Positions 12,506-26,745 of a stretch of DNA of 64,000 nucleotides are shown in pieces. Under the pieces are notes generated by a model, which made no database searches, was not told the origin of the DNA, and was given only the letters and a program-made list of their open reading frames with translations. The stretch is taken from contig NW_021836141.1 in assembly GCF_006345805.1 (NCBI RefSeq), forward strand, positions 62,001 to 126,000, given 5' to 3'. Position 1 is the stretch's first letter; every line of letters begins with the position of its first letter. This stretch comes from Octopus sinensis. Taxonomy: Eukaryota. The translations under genes were made by a program, and so were the position numbers.

Positions 12506-15500
12506 TTATAGAGCCAAGTGATAGTAAATTTGAAGCAGGCTCATTTGATGTGAGAAGAGATGTAGCTTTAGAGTTTTCTTACAATTATGGTATTGTTATT
12601 GTAATGTAAGCTGTGCTGATGGAAGTTTATAAGGGAGAAGAAAGAAAGTTTGATTAATATATATATATTGGATGATGCCATGATTATAATGATAGCTGAT
12701 GATTGAAATATTGTCTCAAATTTTGGCACAAACCCAGCAATTTCAGGAAGGAGTGATTTGATTATATTGATCCTGGTACTCCACTGGTACTCATTATATT
12801 GACCTTGAAAGGATGAAAGACAAAGTCGACCCCAGTGGCATTTGAACTCAGAACATAAAGTCAGAAATGCTGCTAAGCATTGTGTCCGGCACTGTACAAA
12901 AGACTTAGTGGTATTTCTTCGAACTTTATGTCCAAAGTTTAAATGCCACTGGGGTGGACTTTGTCTTTTATCTTTTGATGACCAAAATATTGCTTTCAAA
13001 TTTTGGCACAAGACCTGAAGGTTTGGGGGAGGGCTAAGTCAATTAAATCAACCCCAGTGTTCAACTGGTACTTATTTTATTGACTTCAAGAGGATGAAAG
13101 GCAAAGCCGACCCTGGCAGAAGTTGAACTCAGAATGTGAAAACAAATGAAAAGTTGCTAAACATTTTGCCTGGCTTACCAATGATTCTGCTAGCTTGCTT
13201 CCTTTTTGGTGACTAAAATATTGATAATAATAACATATCTTACATCTTATAAAGTAAGTTTTGGGTGTAAGCATGGCTGAGTTGCTTAGAAACACATTTT
13301 GCAGTTATGCAGTATTTGAATCACAGTATTTGAATTGTATCCCATTTGTGCTGGTCATCAGACAAGTATTTTCTGCCAAAATTTCAAATCAACTAAAGCC
13401 CCATGGCAAAATTTTTTAAGATATAAACTGTGTAGAATTTCACCAGGTTAGCTAATCCTGTCTTAGGGCGGTAGACCTAGGATGATCATCTGACCTGTGG
13501 CTTTCTTTAGCAGAGTCTATTCCATTGTCAGCATTCAGGTCAATCCTCTGGCATAAGGATATTCCTTCCTTTCACCAGTATCTGTTTCTCAAACAGCCCA
13601 AGAAAGGTTCTAGACACAACTCTCCCTCATTTCACAAAGTCATTATTAGAACGAAAAGCAAAATTATATAACAAATAATAATGATTTAGACAATTAAAAA
13701 ATACTTGATTGAATATATCAGATATGTCAAGTCACAGACAAACCATCTCCTTTACTCGTCACATAACACTTCATTTGTAAAATTTAATTATAACTAAAAT
13801 AATGTGGTTAGACATCCTTGTGTGAAACATTGATTTTTATCTGGTCTGAAAATCATGGTAGAACCAAAAGAGAACAGGGGCGGAGGTGATGTCAAGAGTA
13901 AGCATCACCTTGGTGTTTGTGTGTGTGTGGGGGGTGAAGGATATAAGTATGGGTTAGTGAAGCAATGATAAGTGACAGAACAAAAAGGGAGTGGAGGGAA
14001 GAATTATAATAAAACCATAAATGAGAAATAAGATGACATGATGTTGCTGGGGGAGAAAAAGGGGTGCACACTGACAGATATGAGGTCAGAGTTATGTAGG
14101 GGTTGATATTGTGAGTGATGGCAGATATGAGAAGGTGTTCAGGAGAAACGGGTATTCAATAGAAAATAAAGTGGTAAGGAATAATATTGATCAAGTGAGA
14201 TGTGAGATGGGTGACAAAAAATGGTTCCAAAGAGAGAGATAGCTGGTCGTATGGAAAAGGAATGGATTATGTTCAGTACTGCTCTTGTATAATTACAGCA
14301 GCCGAATGAGTAGTACTGTAGTCAGAATAGCATTGAAGAAATAAACAGGAAATTGGGATGGGGGGAAGACTTGATGAGGAGAGGTTGAGTGAAGAAGTAC
14401 AGACATTGATGACATGCTTTAAAAATCTCATGTTTTGCTGAAATGGACAGGTCATCTTGAGCACTGTGAATCATCAAACATTTCATCCTTTCTTGTTTCC
14501 TCTGTAAAAATCAACAACCTGAGGTCAGTCTTCACTATTTTGTCTTATGTTTTCCTTGGTCCCTTCTTTCCACAGATTTCATTTACATTTAACAATCAGT
14601 ACGTTTTTTATCCCTTTAGTGTTTAAACCGGCTGTATTCTACACATTTTATGCTCAAGCTGGCCAGAACCAGCATCTCACACCTATTCTGCAATGTCATT
14701 CTAAAAATAAGCAATTACATCTTTCCTGTCTTGAAGCTACAAAATAATATCAGATAAAATTTTTTAATGTGAATAAATAAGGATTATTTTTGCCAAATTA
14801 ATATGAATGCTAAAGGGTTATCCAGCTGTTATCACATGGCCATACCAGCACAGCTTTCATTCTAGCACACAAATTCTGATGCTTCTTGTGTCCAATTTTC
14901 CTCACAATACATCTGTTCTTTGTTCTTTGTTCTTTATGCTTGCTGAGGCTGCACATCCAGCAGAGCATATTAGCTTCATTTCTTTCTAATTTTCACATGT
15001 CCTCTACATCCATAACGTATGTTTCACTACTATTTAGCATCACTAATCATAAACAAACATCACACATTCTATCTTTCACTCAGTATTTTTATTTATACAA
15101 TGAATGAGAGTTTTATATAGAAATTATAAGTTATAATTGGATACATTTGTGCCAGCATCTGCAGTAATAGAAGTGAGAGAACTTCTATTACCAACAGAGA
15201 TTGACAGCTCTCTGAACTTGCCCTCACTGGATCTTATTCTAAAAACTTCTCTTTAAGAACATCCTCTTACATCTATGTAACAAAAACTACCAACTATTCC
15301 TAGGGATCATACTGAGTATTCAAGAAAATCTATTTCTCGTGCGCACTTAGTGTTTATTACTCTAGCACATCTGCCACAAACAAAGCCTTCTTTCTCTATT
15401 AACCCTCTTTTGGTATATTTATATATTTACATTTGATATTTATATTTTATTTTTTGTATATTGCTTATACATGTATATCTACAAATAAATGGGTATATCT

Positions 15501-15989
15501 ATTATAAAATGTATAATCCCTATAAGCAATGGCATAATATTACATGTATGCATTTTTCTACAGTTGTGCAATATAAATACAAATAATCATGCTTGAAATA
15601 GATTAGTTAATCCCTATAAATATTTATAGAAACATAGTCTCCTCAGACCAAACATTCTCAAAGTACTCAGTTTATCGTTTCTCTAGAGATGTCTAATAAC
15701 ATCAACAACAATTCAACATGAGTCAGACCTAAAATCTGTGATTTATCTACAAACATATTTTGTGACCCGAAAGAAAAAAACCAGCTTCCTCTCCAAAGAA
15801 ACGGTTCTACAGGTACCATTATCGTGACCAGATAAAAATAGAAAATAGGTTCAATACACTCTAGAATTGTCAAAGATATGCTTCAGTTTTTCTAAAATTG
15901 AATTATTTCATTTTATTTATTTTAAATAAAATAATGATGAATATACATGTACTTGTACATGATGATCAAAATGAATAATAATAATTCCA

Positions 15990-16345
15990 CAGAAGGTTTA
16001 ACATATGGATTCAAGTCAGGGAAAACAGTCATCATTATAAAATCACTTTATCTGTACCTTGAGGGACTTCATTTATGTTCTCAAATGTGGCAGATCTGTG
16101 GGTATTACATATGTCAATCGAACTTAACTCCGAGGGACAGGATAATGGAACACAAGCAGCAGATTCATGAACCAGCAACTAGGAAAATTCCCATAAATAA
16201 AAATCTAGATCTGTACCTAAAAAACAAACATCCAAAATACCAAATTTTCCCTCAATGTCAGTGCTCTGGAAACACTCTGACCCATTTCCAATTAACTAAG
16301 GAAAATATGTTTAAGAAACCTAAACCACAACCTAATATCCTATAA
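15990..16345 (+). mobile_element. Degenerate Penelope-like GIY-YIG endonuclease remnant
   Basis: GFKSGK...CGYYICQSNLTPRDRIMEHKQQIHEPATRKIPINKNLD...KYQIFP parallels the PLE endonuclease at 53554-53810. Confidence 0.6.
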
Positions 16346-17006
16346 CAACACACCAGAATGAGAAAACTCAAAATATTCATGAAAATGACTAGAAAAAATG
16401 GACATCTTTCAAAAGTTGAAGTAGCATGCTGCTTTCTCTTGGATTTGAAACCCAACTTCAAACTGTTGTACAATTACACGTTGCATCTTCTCAAACACTA
16501 GTTGCTGACACCACCCTATGCTTAACCAATTAGATGTTTTACTGGTCAAAACTAGACCTGCAAGAAAAATAAATAAATATTAAGCTGATTGAGACAAGTG
16601 TCTTTTTAAGGGATTCAGCCAACTGGAATGTTGGATGACCATCAGACAAAACCAAGTTACCAAGACTTTTGAAAATCAGATGATGTATGCAGAAAATAAA
16701 CCAACCAGAGCACTGGATCTCTACTGGTAAAAAACAAGTCATCAAAGCAGTCGATAAATAAATGACATCACCAGGAAGTCAACCAACCAGAATGCTGGAC
16801 TACTGCCAAAACAAAACATATGATCAGAACATCCAAAGACCAAGTCACATATTCCGGCAGTTAGCCAACCAAAATACTAGATCACAGACAGGAAATACAA
16901 GTGACGTCATTAAATTTATAACCAATCAGAACTTAAACCTATATCTTAAATATATATATATATATATATATATACTGTATATGCCAGCATAGAAGGCGAA
17001 CATTAA

Positions 17007-17047
<41 letters not shown>

Positions 17048-17575
17048 ATACAAAGCAATTTCAGCATAAAGCTGTTGAAGCTCTCACCTGCAAAACCAGT
17101 GACAAAAAATTATCCATCATTACCTATGAGAGAAATTGCAAAACAGTCTCTCTCATTCTTCTTTTACCAATTCTTTTAAAACTTTATTGTATTAGTATTA
17201 ATAGTATTAATATAACTCATTTTTACTGAACTTTCAGTTATGTATGACTTAAGAAATTCATCAAATATTTGAACATTTATTATTGTCGATCTCTGTGAAA
17301 TTTATTGATCATTGGAATTTGCATGAACGTTGAATCTTTTACACATGTTTTTTCTGAACTTGCTCTTGTATGTTCAATCTCTCCTAGAATTTATTTATCT
17401 AACATTGGGAAACCAAAAGTCATTGAAACCATTTTAGTATATCAATAAATTTGGTAAAAAAAGATGTTAAAAACAATGATTCTTTTTAAGACTCAGGTGC
17501 ATTTTCAACCCCACAAGCCAACACTTATGAGTGTGTGTGTACATTTACATACATACATATATATATATAAAAATA

Positions 17576-17826
17576 AATGTGCCCCTTTTAAAGCCTAGCC
17601 AGGCTCATGGGCCTGGTTTCCCAGTTTCTATGGCGTATGTGTTCCCCAGCTGGATGGGACGCCAGTCCATCGTAGCGTTACTCATTTTTGCCAGCTGAGT
17701 GGACTGGAGCAATGTGAAATGAAGTGTTTTGCTCAAGAGCACAACGTGTAGCCCGGTCGAGGAATCGAAACCACAATCTTACGATCATGATGCTGACACC
17801 CTAACGACTAAGCCACGTGCCTCCAC
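17576..17826 (-). mobile_element. tRNA-headed SINE family C (CORE-like central domain)
   Basis: A and B boxes are followed by CTTGAGCAAAACACTTCATTTCACATTGCTCCAGTCCACTCAGCTG, shared with 58967-59303. Confidence 0.8.
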
Positions 17827-17885
17827 ATACATATTTTTAGTAGAATAATAAAGAGAAAGTATTATATATATATTATATATATATA

Positions 17886-17941
<56 letters not shown>

Positions 17942-18754
17942 ATGTATGCACATATATATACAAGCATATATTCTTTTATTTGTTCAGTCATTTGATTGCA
18001 GCCGTGCTGGGGCACTGCCTTTAGTGAGCCAATTGACCCCAGGACTTATTCTTTATAAGCCTAATGCATATATATATATATCTGCATATTTATATATCCC
18101 TGTGACAGATTAAGTAAACAAAGAGAGAAATTTTCATTCGGTTTTTATTCATGTCTACTAAGAAATTATCTCTATGAGAAAAGTATTAGTCAATTTAAAC
18201 AATTAGTTTTTTTATACCAAATAATTTAAAGAGATTAAAGAGTTGTTGTATCAAAGATGTAATTGTTTACATATTTTTTGTTGCAGTTACACGGAGGAGA
18301 AGAATTAGATACTTAATTATATACATTTATATACACACATGTTATTATTCTATGTTGTGATGACAAGAGACTATCTTGGACATGAAAGGGTTTCAATTGG
18401 TATGTGTTTGAGATATAATTAAGTGAATTTCAATGGTTGTAGTTTGCACTTACTTGATTGCATTGTCCATTAAAATGTTTTTGTTGATTTTTTAATTGTA
18501 ATTGATGTAAGATTGAATAATTAATGCCCATGCTCATAACACAGACATTTGAATTAATTTTTAAAATCCTGCCGTCCTTTCCAGATGAGATTTTGTCTTT
18601 CTGAATCGATTCACTCTGAAGTAACTTATATATAATTGAACTAAGATTATGTATATCAGAAAGAACTGACTGACCCCCTCCCCCAAAATTTCAGGCCTTG
18701 TGCCTAGAGTAAAAAAGTATATATACATACACACACACATAGATATACATCCCT

Positions 18755-19966
18755 TTCCAGGGAGAAAAACTAGAAATAGTTGATAGTTTCCGTTACCTAG
18801 GTGACCAAGTCAGCAGCGGGGGCGGGTGTGCTGAAAGTGTAACTGCTAGAGTAAGAATAGCTTGGGCAAAGTTCAGAGAGCTCTTACCTCTGCTGGTGAC
18901 AAAAGGCCTCTCGCACAGAGTGAAAGGCAGACTGTATGATGCGTGTGTACGAACAGCCATGCTACATGGCAGTGAAACATGGGCCGTGACTGCTGAGGAT
19001 ATGCGTAAGCTCGCTAGAAATGAAGCCAGTATGCTCCGATGGATGTGTAATGCCGGTACTCACACTCGGCAGAGTGTAAGTACCTTGAGAGAAAAGCTGG
19101 ACCTAAGAAGCATCAGTTGTGGTGTGCAAGAGAGACGTTTGCGCTGGTATGGTCATGTGGCGAGAATGGATGAAGATAGTTGTGTGAAAAAGTGCCACAC
19201 CCTAGCGGTTGAGGGAATCTGTGGAAGAGGCAGACCCAGGAAAACCTGGGACGAGGTGGTGAAGCACGACCTTCGAACTTTAGGTCTCACTGAGGAAATG
19301 ACTAGAGACCGAGACCTCTGGAAGTGTGCTGTGTGCGAGAAGACCCGGCAGGACAAGTGAGTCCACAACCGTGGCCTTCTACATGGGATGGAGCCAGCCT
19401 ACGTATGCATACCTTCCCTTCTTGGGACACAAAACTCTACTTGTGAATACGTGTTGAGGCAAGTGAGGATCAGAATCGAAATCGATCAATGGAAATTGCG
19501 GATGTGCTACCAGTGCCGGTGGCATGTCGAAACTCTGCTTGTGAAGACCCATTGAGGCAAGTGAGGATCAGAATCGAAATCGATCAATGGAAATCGATCA
19601 ATGGAAATTGCAGATGTGTTACCAGTGCCGGTGGCATGTAAGAGAACTTTCCGTTTCGCGACCGTTGCCAGCGCCCCGTTTCGTGTCCGTTGCCAGCCTC
19701 GCCTGGCCCTCGTGCCGGTGGCACATAAAAAAGCACCATCCGTTCGTGGCCGTTTGCCAGCTCTGTCTGGCACCAGTGCGGGTGGCACGTAAAAAGCACC
19801 CACTACACTCACGGAGTGGTTGGCGTTAGGAAGGGCATCCAGCGTAGAAACACTGCCAGATTTGACTGGGCCTGATGAAGCCTTCTGGCTTCACAGACCC
19901 CAGTAGAACCGTCCAACCCATGCTAGCATGGAAAACGGACGCTAAATGATGATGATGATGATGATG

Positions 19967-19967
<1 letters not shown>
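18755..19967 (+). mobile_element. RTE-clade LINE, 5'-truncated (ORF C-terminus open to the stop at 19360, 3'UTR, (GAT)n tail)
   Basis: EKLEIVDSFRYLG...ARVRIAWAKFREL...LHGSETW...RRLRWYGHVARM...GRGRPRKTW are typical RTE motifs. A ~100-bp duplication sits in the 3'UTR. Confidence 0.95.
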
Positions 19968-20016
<49 letters not shown>

Positions 20017-20336
20017 TGTATATATATGTATATATATATGTATATATATATGTATATATATATATAAATCGATATAGATATATATATACATTGGTTTATG
20101 GTATTACCTTAGGTCTCCCGTCCATAAAAGGTTTGCTTTATGACATATCATCACTCTCTAGAAACCTGTTTCCTATATATATATATATATGTGTGTGTGT
20201 TGTGGGTGTGTGTGTGGTGTGTGTGTGTGTGTGTGTGTGTCTGTATGTATGCATGTTTGTATATGCATATATACATATATATACATATATGGGTATACCC
20301 ACAGTCAAATGACTGAAACAAGTAGAGGAAAGAATA

Positions 20337-20380
<44 letters not shown>

Positions 20381-20644
20381 CTATATATTATTATATACAT
20401 ATATCATCATCATTATCGCCATCGTTTAACGTACATTTTCCATGCTAGCATGGGTTGGACTGTTTGATTGAGGACTGGCAACCCAGTAGGCTGCACCAGG
20501 CTCCAATCTGATCTGGCAAGGTTTCTACAGCTGAATGCCCTTCCTAACACCAACCACTCTGAGAGTGTAGTGGGTGCATTTCACATGCCACTGGCATGGG
20601 AGCCAGTCAGGGACACTGTCATCGATATATATATGTATATATGT

Positions 20645-21030
20645 ATATTCTCCCTGTCCTATCTTTTACTGTTTATATTTTGTACTGTTGTTACTGTCCT
20701 GTTTTTGTTACCATTTTTACCCCTCTGCAAAAAGATCTCAAATTTTATTTGATTTGCTTTTCGCAGGAATGAAAGTTTCTATCGAAGATGCGTATCGCCT
20801 TCACCTTCGAAACGCAGAGTAGATGAAACCATGGCGACTGAAGAAGGGGATTTTTCCTTGTGTTATTTGTCCTGTACTCTATTTTTTTGTTTCAGAAAAA
20901 TGTCCAGTTCCTTGGTTTTGTGTTTATGTTTTCGTTTCTCATTGTGTTCGACGTTTTTTTGGAGCCTTGTACCCATATATGCATGTATATATACATGTAG
21001 ATGTAGGTACGTACATATATGTATATTATA
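20645..21030 (+). repeat. Interspersed repeat between (TA)n tracts, with a second copy at ~38770-39012 (-); possibly a PLE terminal repeat
   Basis: The two copies share GAGTAGAyGAAAC...ACTGAAGAAGGGG...CATTGTGTTCrACGTTTTTT...GTACCCAT. Confidence 0.6.
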
Positions 21031-21049
21031 TATGCATATGTTTTATTTA

Positions 21050-21088
<39 letters not shown>

Positions 21089-21445
21089 TATATGCATATA
21101 TATGTATAGTTGAAAAATATCATTATAGGTATAAATATACCATAAACAATTATATAAAAATGGAAGAGAAAAAGATGTTGCATAAAAATTAGATTTAATA
21201 CAAATTTGGATTCATTGCATACGTGCATTTCGAAGGACGATTCAAATATGTAAAAAGAAAATTATAATCATGGTAATTATAATTAAATTTATGCATTGTC
21301 ATTCTCATCAGTGTGAAGAATTTTTAGGAGGACATCAAAAAAGGTTTAATAAAATAAAGTAAATTTAAATAAGATACAATAAGGGAGAATACAAAAGGGG
21401 TAATAGGGAAAAACCAGATATTTACAAGCAAGTTGTGTATATATA

Positions 21446-21481
<36 letters not shown>

Positions 21482-21697
21482 AAAGTAAGGTAGGGGTTGT
21501 GAATGTAACCCACTATGGGATATCAATTATCCAATATACTGTTGGTAAAGTACCCAACAGTATATTCTCATTCTTGATGTTCTCATTTATATAATTAATA
21601 ATAAATAATGTAAAATTGTAATATCCATAAGTTGATGAACCAGATGAATTTGTTTCTCCATTTTCTTATTTGTATATATATATATATATATATATAC

Positions 21698-22192
21698 ATC
21701 GTCATCATCATCATCATCATCATCGTTGTTTTAACAATGACTTTTCAATTCACACAATAGTTGGTTAGAATTCATTGAGACAGATTTTCTACCGCTGGAT
21801 GTCCTTCCTGTCACTACCCTTCATTTGTTTCTAAGCAGGGTAATATTCCTCACAATCAGACATGTTTTCACAGAAGATCGGAAATGAAGGACACTGCTTG
21901 CTTAAAAGTGCTTCTCATTTACCAGTAATACACGAACTCAAGGTAATGATACTTTAACACACATGCACACACACATATGCACACATGCATATGCACATAC
22001 ACACACATACACACATGCACACATGCACACATGCACACATGCACACACACACACACACATTTATATGGGATTTAGCTTGGAAACACTCACCCAACATACT
22101 TTGCAGTGGGAATGAACCTGAGACTATGGGGTTAGGAAGCCAACTTTTCTTATAACACAGCCAGACCTGCACCAATAGCCATGCTTACACCT
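21698..22192 (-). mobile_element. SINE with family A-type head and RTE-type (GAT)n tail
   Basis: The head at 22075-22190 resembles family A. It is followed by an internal (TG) tract and a tail with GGAAGGACATCCAGC plus (GAT)n. Confidence 0.6.
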
Positions 22193-22661
22193 GCTGCACA
22201 CACACACATGCACATATATATACATATATATATAAGCAATGTTTCTATTCAACACAACATCCACATTGAGTTGGATATAAATATTGCCTTTTGATATTAT
22301 TATTGCTTCTGTCACTATTAATTATACTCCACTTGACAGGGTGGTTGGTGTTAGGAAGAGCATCCAGCCATAAAAACCATGCTAAAACAGACTCAGATGT
22401 ATGGTGCAGGCTTCTGCCTGGCCAGCTCTTATCAAACCGTCCAACCCATGCCAGTATGAAATAAGGACATTCAACGACGATGATGATGATGATCATCATC
22501 ATCATCATCATACATACATATATATGTGTGTGTGTGTGTGTGTGTTTACATATACATATGGAATTGACTACTCATGGAATCACCTATTCTTGTAATAGAT
22601 TATACCCTTCCCCAAAATCCTCGAGCTATGTGCCTACATAAGAAAGGATTATATAAATATG

Positions 22662-22698
<37 letters not shown>

Positions 22699-22702
<4 letters not shown>

Positions 22703-22853
22703 TTCCACTCATTTCTTATTTCTATTTTTTTAATTTAATTTAATTTAATTTTTTTTTTTTTTTAATAAGAAATAAGTGGAAATTTTACCGGTGAGTGTGT
22801 TAAATTATAAGGCACAAAAAGAAAATGATTCTCTCCAGACACCAGAATACATT

Positions 22854-22942
<89 letters not shown>

Positions 22943-23090
22943 AATGTATTCTGGTGTCTGGAGAGAATCATTTTCTTTTTGTGCCTTATAATTTAACACA
23001 GTCACCGGTAAAATTTCCACTTATTTCTTATTAAAAAAAAAAAAATAAAATAAAATAAAAAAAATAGAAATAAGAAATGAGTGGAAATTT
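22699..23090. repeat. Long inverted repeat centred on (TA)n, with a further overlapping copy extending to ~23220
   Basis: The arms are near-perfect reverse complements; ORFs 22762- and 22825+ are mirror images. Confidence 0.95.
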
Positions 23091-23378
23091 TACCGGTGAG
23101 TGTGTTAAATTATAAGGCACACAAAGAAAATAACTCTCCCCAGACACAACAGAATATGCTTCAACACATGAACTCATATAGAGAATCCTGCAAACCAAAT
23201 CCAAAAACGATATATAAATGAGTATATATATATGTATGTATGTATATATATATATATACATATATATGTATGTATTTATATATGTGTGTGTATATATATA
23301 TGTATGCATATATATAAATATACATATATTACATATTTATAAACGCATGTATGCATTTATATATATAATGTATATATG

Positions 23379-23409
<31 letters not shown>

Positions 23410-23439
23410 GTATGTATATTTATATGTATGTATATATAT

Positions 23440-24475
23440 ATCATCATCACCATCATTGTTGGACTGTTCGACTGGGGTCTGGGAAGCCAGGCTCCAATCT
23501 GATCTGGCAGTGTTTCTACAGCTGGATGCGCTTCCTAATGCCAACCACTCCAAGAGTGTAGTGGGTGCTTTTTATGTGCCACCAGCAGAGGGGCTAGAGG
23601 GGGCTGGCATTGACCACATTTGGATGGTGCTTTTACGTGCCATCAGCTCAGTAGCCAGAAGGGGCTGTCATCGACCAGGTTTGGATGATGCTTTTATGTG
23701 CCACCAGCATGAGAGCCAGTCAAGGTGGTGCTGGCATCGGCCATGTTCGGATGGTGCTTTTTATGTGCCGTTGGCACAGGAGCCAGTCAGGGTGAGGGGG
23801 CTGGCATCCACCACATTCAGATGGTGCTTTTTATGTGCCACTGCCATGGGGAGCCAGAGTGGCGGTACTGGCATCAGCCACAACCACAATTTCTTTTTGA
23901 TTGTAGCTTGATTTGATTTTGATGTTGATGTACTTGACTCAATAGCTCTCCTCAAGCATGGCATGTCGCCCTACAATCCAAACATACTCTTTTGAGTGGG
24001 CTGGTTATGCAACACTAGTGTAGGATACAGCCATGAACTCACTTTATTTGCTGGGTCTTCTCAGTCACAGCATATCTCCAGAGGTCTCAGTCTTTTGTCA
24101 TTGCCTCTGTGAGGCCCAAATTTCGATAATCATGCTTCACCACCTCATCCCATGTCTTCCTCGGTTTCTCTCTACCACAGGTTCCTTCCACCATTTGGGA
24201 GTGGCACTTCTTCACACAGCTCTCCTCAGCCAACCATAGTACATGACCATACCTCATCCATCCATAGTACATGACCATCTGATGCTTCTTATGTCCAACA
24301 TTTCTCTCAGGGTGATTACACTCTGTCGTGTGTGCTCGCTGACATTACACGTCCAGTGGTTCATGCTAGCTTCACTTCTCTTGAGCCTGCGCATGTCTTC
24401 AGCAGTCATGGCCCATGTTTCATTGCCATGAAGCATGGCAGTTTGCACACATGCATAGTACAATCTACTTTTCAC
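23440..24475 (-). mobile_element. RTE LINE fragment (ORF C-terminus and 3'UTR)
   Basis: MLHGNETWAMTAEDMRRL... and KPRKTWDEVVKHD match the copy at 18755. Confidence 0.9.
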
Positions 24476-24971
24476 TATCTACTGTGTATATATATATATA
24501 TATATACATAGGTACCATAAGGTCAGTAATTACTGCAAAGACATATTATAATTCTGTAACCTTTCCTAAGTTTTGTAATCAAGTTGTGAGTCAAAATATA
24601 TTTTTGAAACATGATTGTTATTGTAAAGCATTAAATGAAATACATAATGCCATGCTTCATAGTTTTGTCACCATCAGTCTTTCTATCTCCTGCTCTTTGA
24701 AAATGATATTTAGAAGACTCAATTGAAAAATGTCATTTCTCCCATTTGATAATGTTATTAAAAATTTCCATCTTGAATATTCAGACATTCATTTCTTGGG
24801 ACTAGAAAACAAAAATTTCCCAGATTTCTTTTGTTTTCTTTTTATTTTCTTGTTGTTTTTTTAAAATTTTTTTTTGTTTTTTTGCAGACTTTCACCTAAT
24901 ATATAAAACAAACATTCATTCCAACGTACGTACATATATGTCTACATTATGTTGAATTACATACATGTGAT

Positions 24972-25005
<34 letters not shown>

Positions 25006-25519
25006 TGCACACACACAAGCACACACACATGCACACACACACACACATACATACATGCATATATACATACATACATGCACACAAAAATATATACATACAT
25101 ACATATATATTTTATTAGATTTACAAAAGAGAAACATGCACAATTTGGGTATTCTATTTTATTTCTTATCAAAACATTTTAAAGATTATTCTCATATCCT
25201 CACATTTATGCAGTTTATTCATTGGACTGTAGAAAACAAAAGCAGCAATACATAAGACACACTTATATACACACACGTGCACACACAAACATATATAGAA
25301 ATCCAAGACAAATACAAACATTCAAAGCTAATATACATGTTGAAAACTCAGATAGAAGACGAAGATATTTACAAGTTAAGGAAATGTTTTCCATATTTGA
25401 AATGTCAAAGTTTCCAAAAGAATAAATTCTAAACTTATGAAATAGCTTTACCTTTAACTACGTTTCATTTTCGTGTATATGTATATACGGAACAGGATTT
25501 TCTGGATATTCTCTCTTTT

Positions 25520-25732
25520 CTCTCTTTTACTCTCTTTTACTTCTTTCAGTCATTTTGACTGCGGCCATGCTAGAGCACCGCCTTTAGTCGAGCAAATCGA
25601 CCTCGGGACTTATTCTTTTGTAAGCCCAGTACTTATTCTATCGGTCTCTTTTGCCGAACCGCTAAGTGACGGGGACGTAAACACACCAGCATCAGTTGTC
25701 AAGCAATGCTAGGGGGACAAACACAGACACAA

Positions 25733-25768
<36 letters not shown>

Positions 25769-25939
25769 ATATATACGACAGGCTTCTTTCAGTTTCCGTC
25801 TACCAAATCCACTCACAAGGCATTGGTCGGCCCGGGGCTATAGCAGAAGACACTTGCCCATGATGCCACGCAGTGGGACTGAAGCCGGAACCATGTGGTT
25901 GGTTAGCAAGCTACTTACCACACAGCAACTCCTGCACCT
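25520..25939 (-). mobile_element. SINE family A, full length
   Basis: Collinear with 50875-51270. Confidence 0.9.
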
Positions 25940-26276
25940 ATGTGAATTTCTACATACGTTCAGCAATTTATTACAGCCACAATATATAAAAGAACACTGA
26001 ATTTCATTCTACATTTAGACCCGTACAGGGTTAACTAACCAATTAGAAAATACAGCCCAATGTCCCTCAAATGATTTGTTTACCTGTTTCAGTCAGTTCA
26101 CTGTGGCTCTGCTGGGGCACCACCTTTATTTGAGCATATCAACCCCAGGACTTATTCTTTGCAAGCCTAGTACTTATTCTATCAGTGTTTTTTTCCAAAC
26201 TGCTAAGTTATGGGGACGTAATTACACCAGCACCGGTTGTCAAGTGATGTTGTGGGGACAACTACAGACACACAAG

Positions 26277-26324
<48 letters not shown>

Positions 26325-26335
26325 AACATATATAC

Positions 26336-26690
26336 GACTTGCTAATAGAAATTGAAAAAAATGTGGCATCTCAAGGTGATTGTAGGATCTCTAGGAATGA
26401 TAGAAAAGGTACTGAAACCTATTTGAAAATGATACCAGGCTTATCATCCCTACAGGAAGTGCAAAAAATCGTGTTAACTGGAACGGCTCATGTACTGAGG
26501 AGATCCTTATCGCTGTGAAAACAACATCCATTCATGAATTTATTTATTTATCAATTTTTTAAATACATATTTTACTTGTGAATTTGCATGTGTAATCTGG
26601 GAATGCATACAATGAGCTTCTCTGCCCTGGGTGTATGGAAAACACTCGGAAAGAAATGGAAGAAAATTTGAAGAAAGAAGGAAAATTATA
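26336..26690 (+). mobile_element. R4/Dong-like 3' end (RLE C-terminus, 3'UTR, (TAA)n)
   Basis: LLIEIEKMWHLK..VIVGSLG...TYLKMIPGLSSLQEVQKIVLTGTAHVLRRSL is read across frameshifts, then (AAT)n follows. Confidence 0.85.
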
Positions 26691-26745
26691 ATAATAATAA
26701 TAATAATAATAATGATAATAATAATAATGATAATAATAATAATGA

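Noticed and set aside
20775-20852. Hammerhead in the 20.6-kb repeat (CGAAAC and CTGAAGAAG)
   Set aside because: The boxes are present, but I could not close three stems in any permutation.
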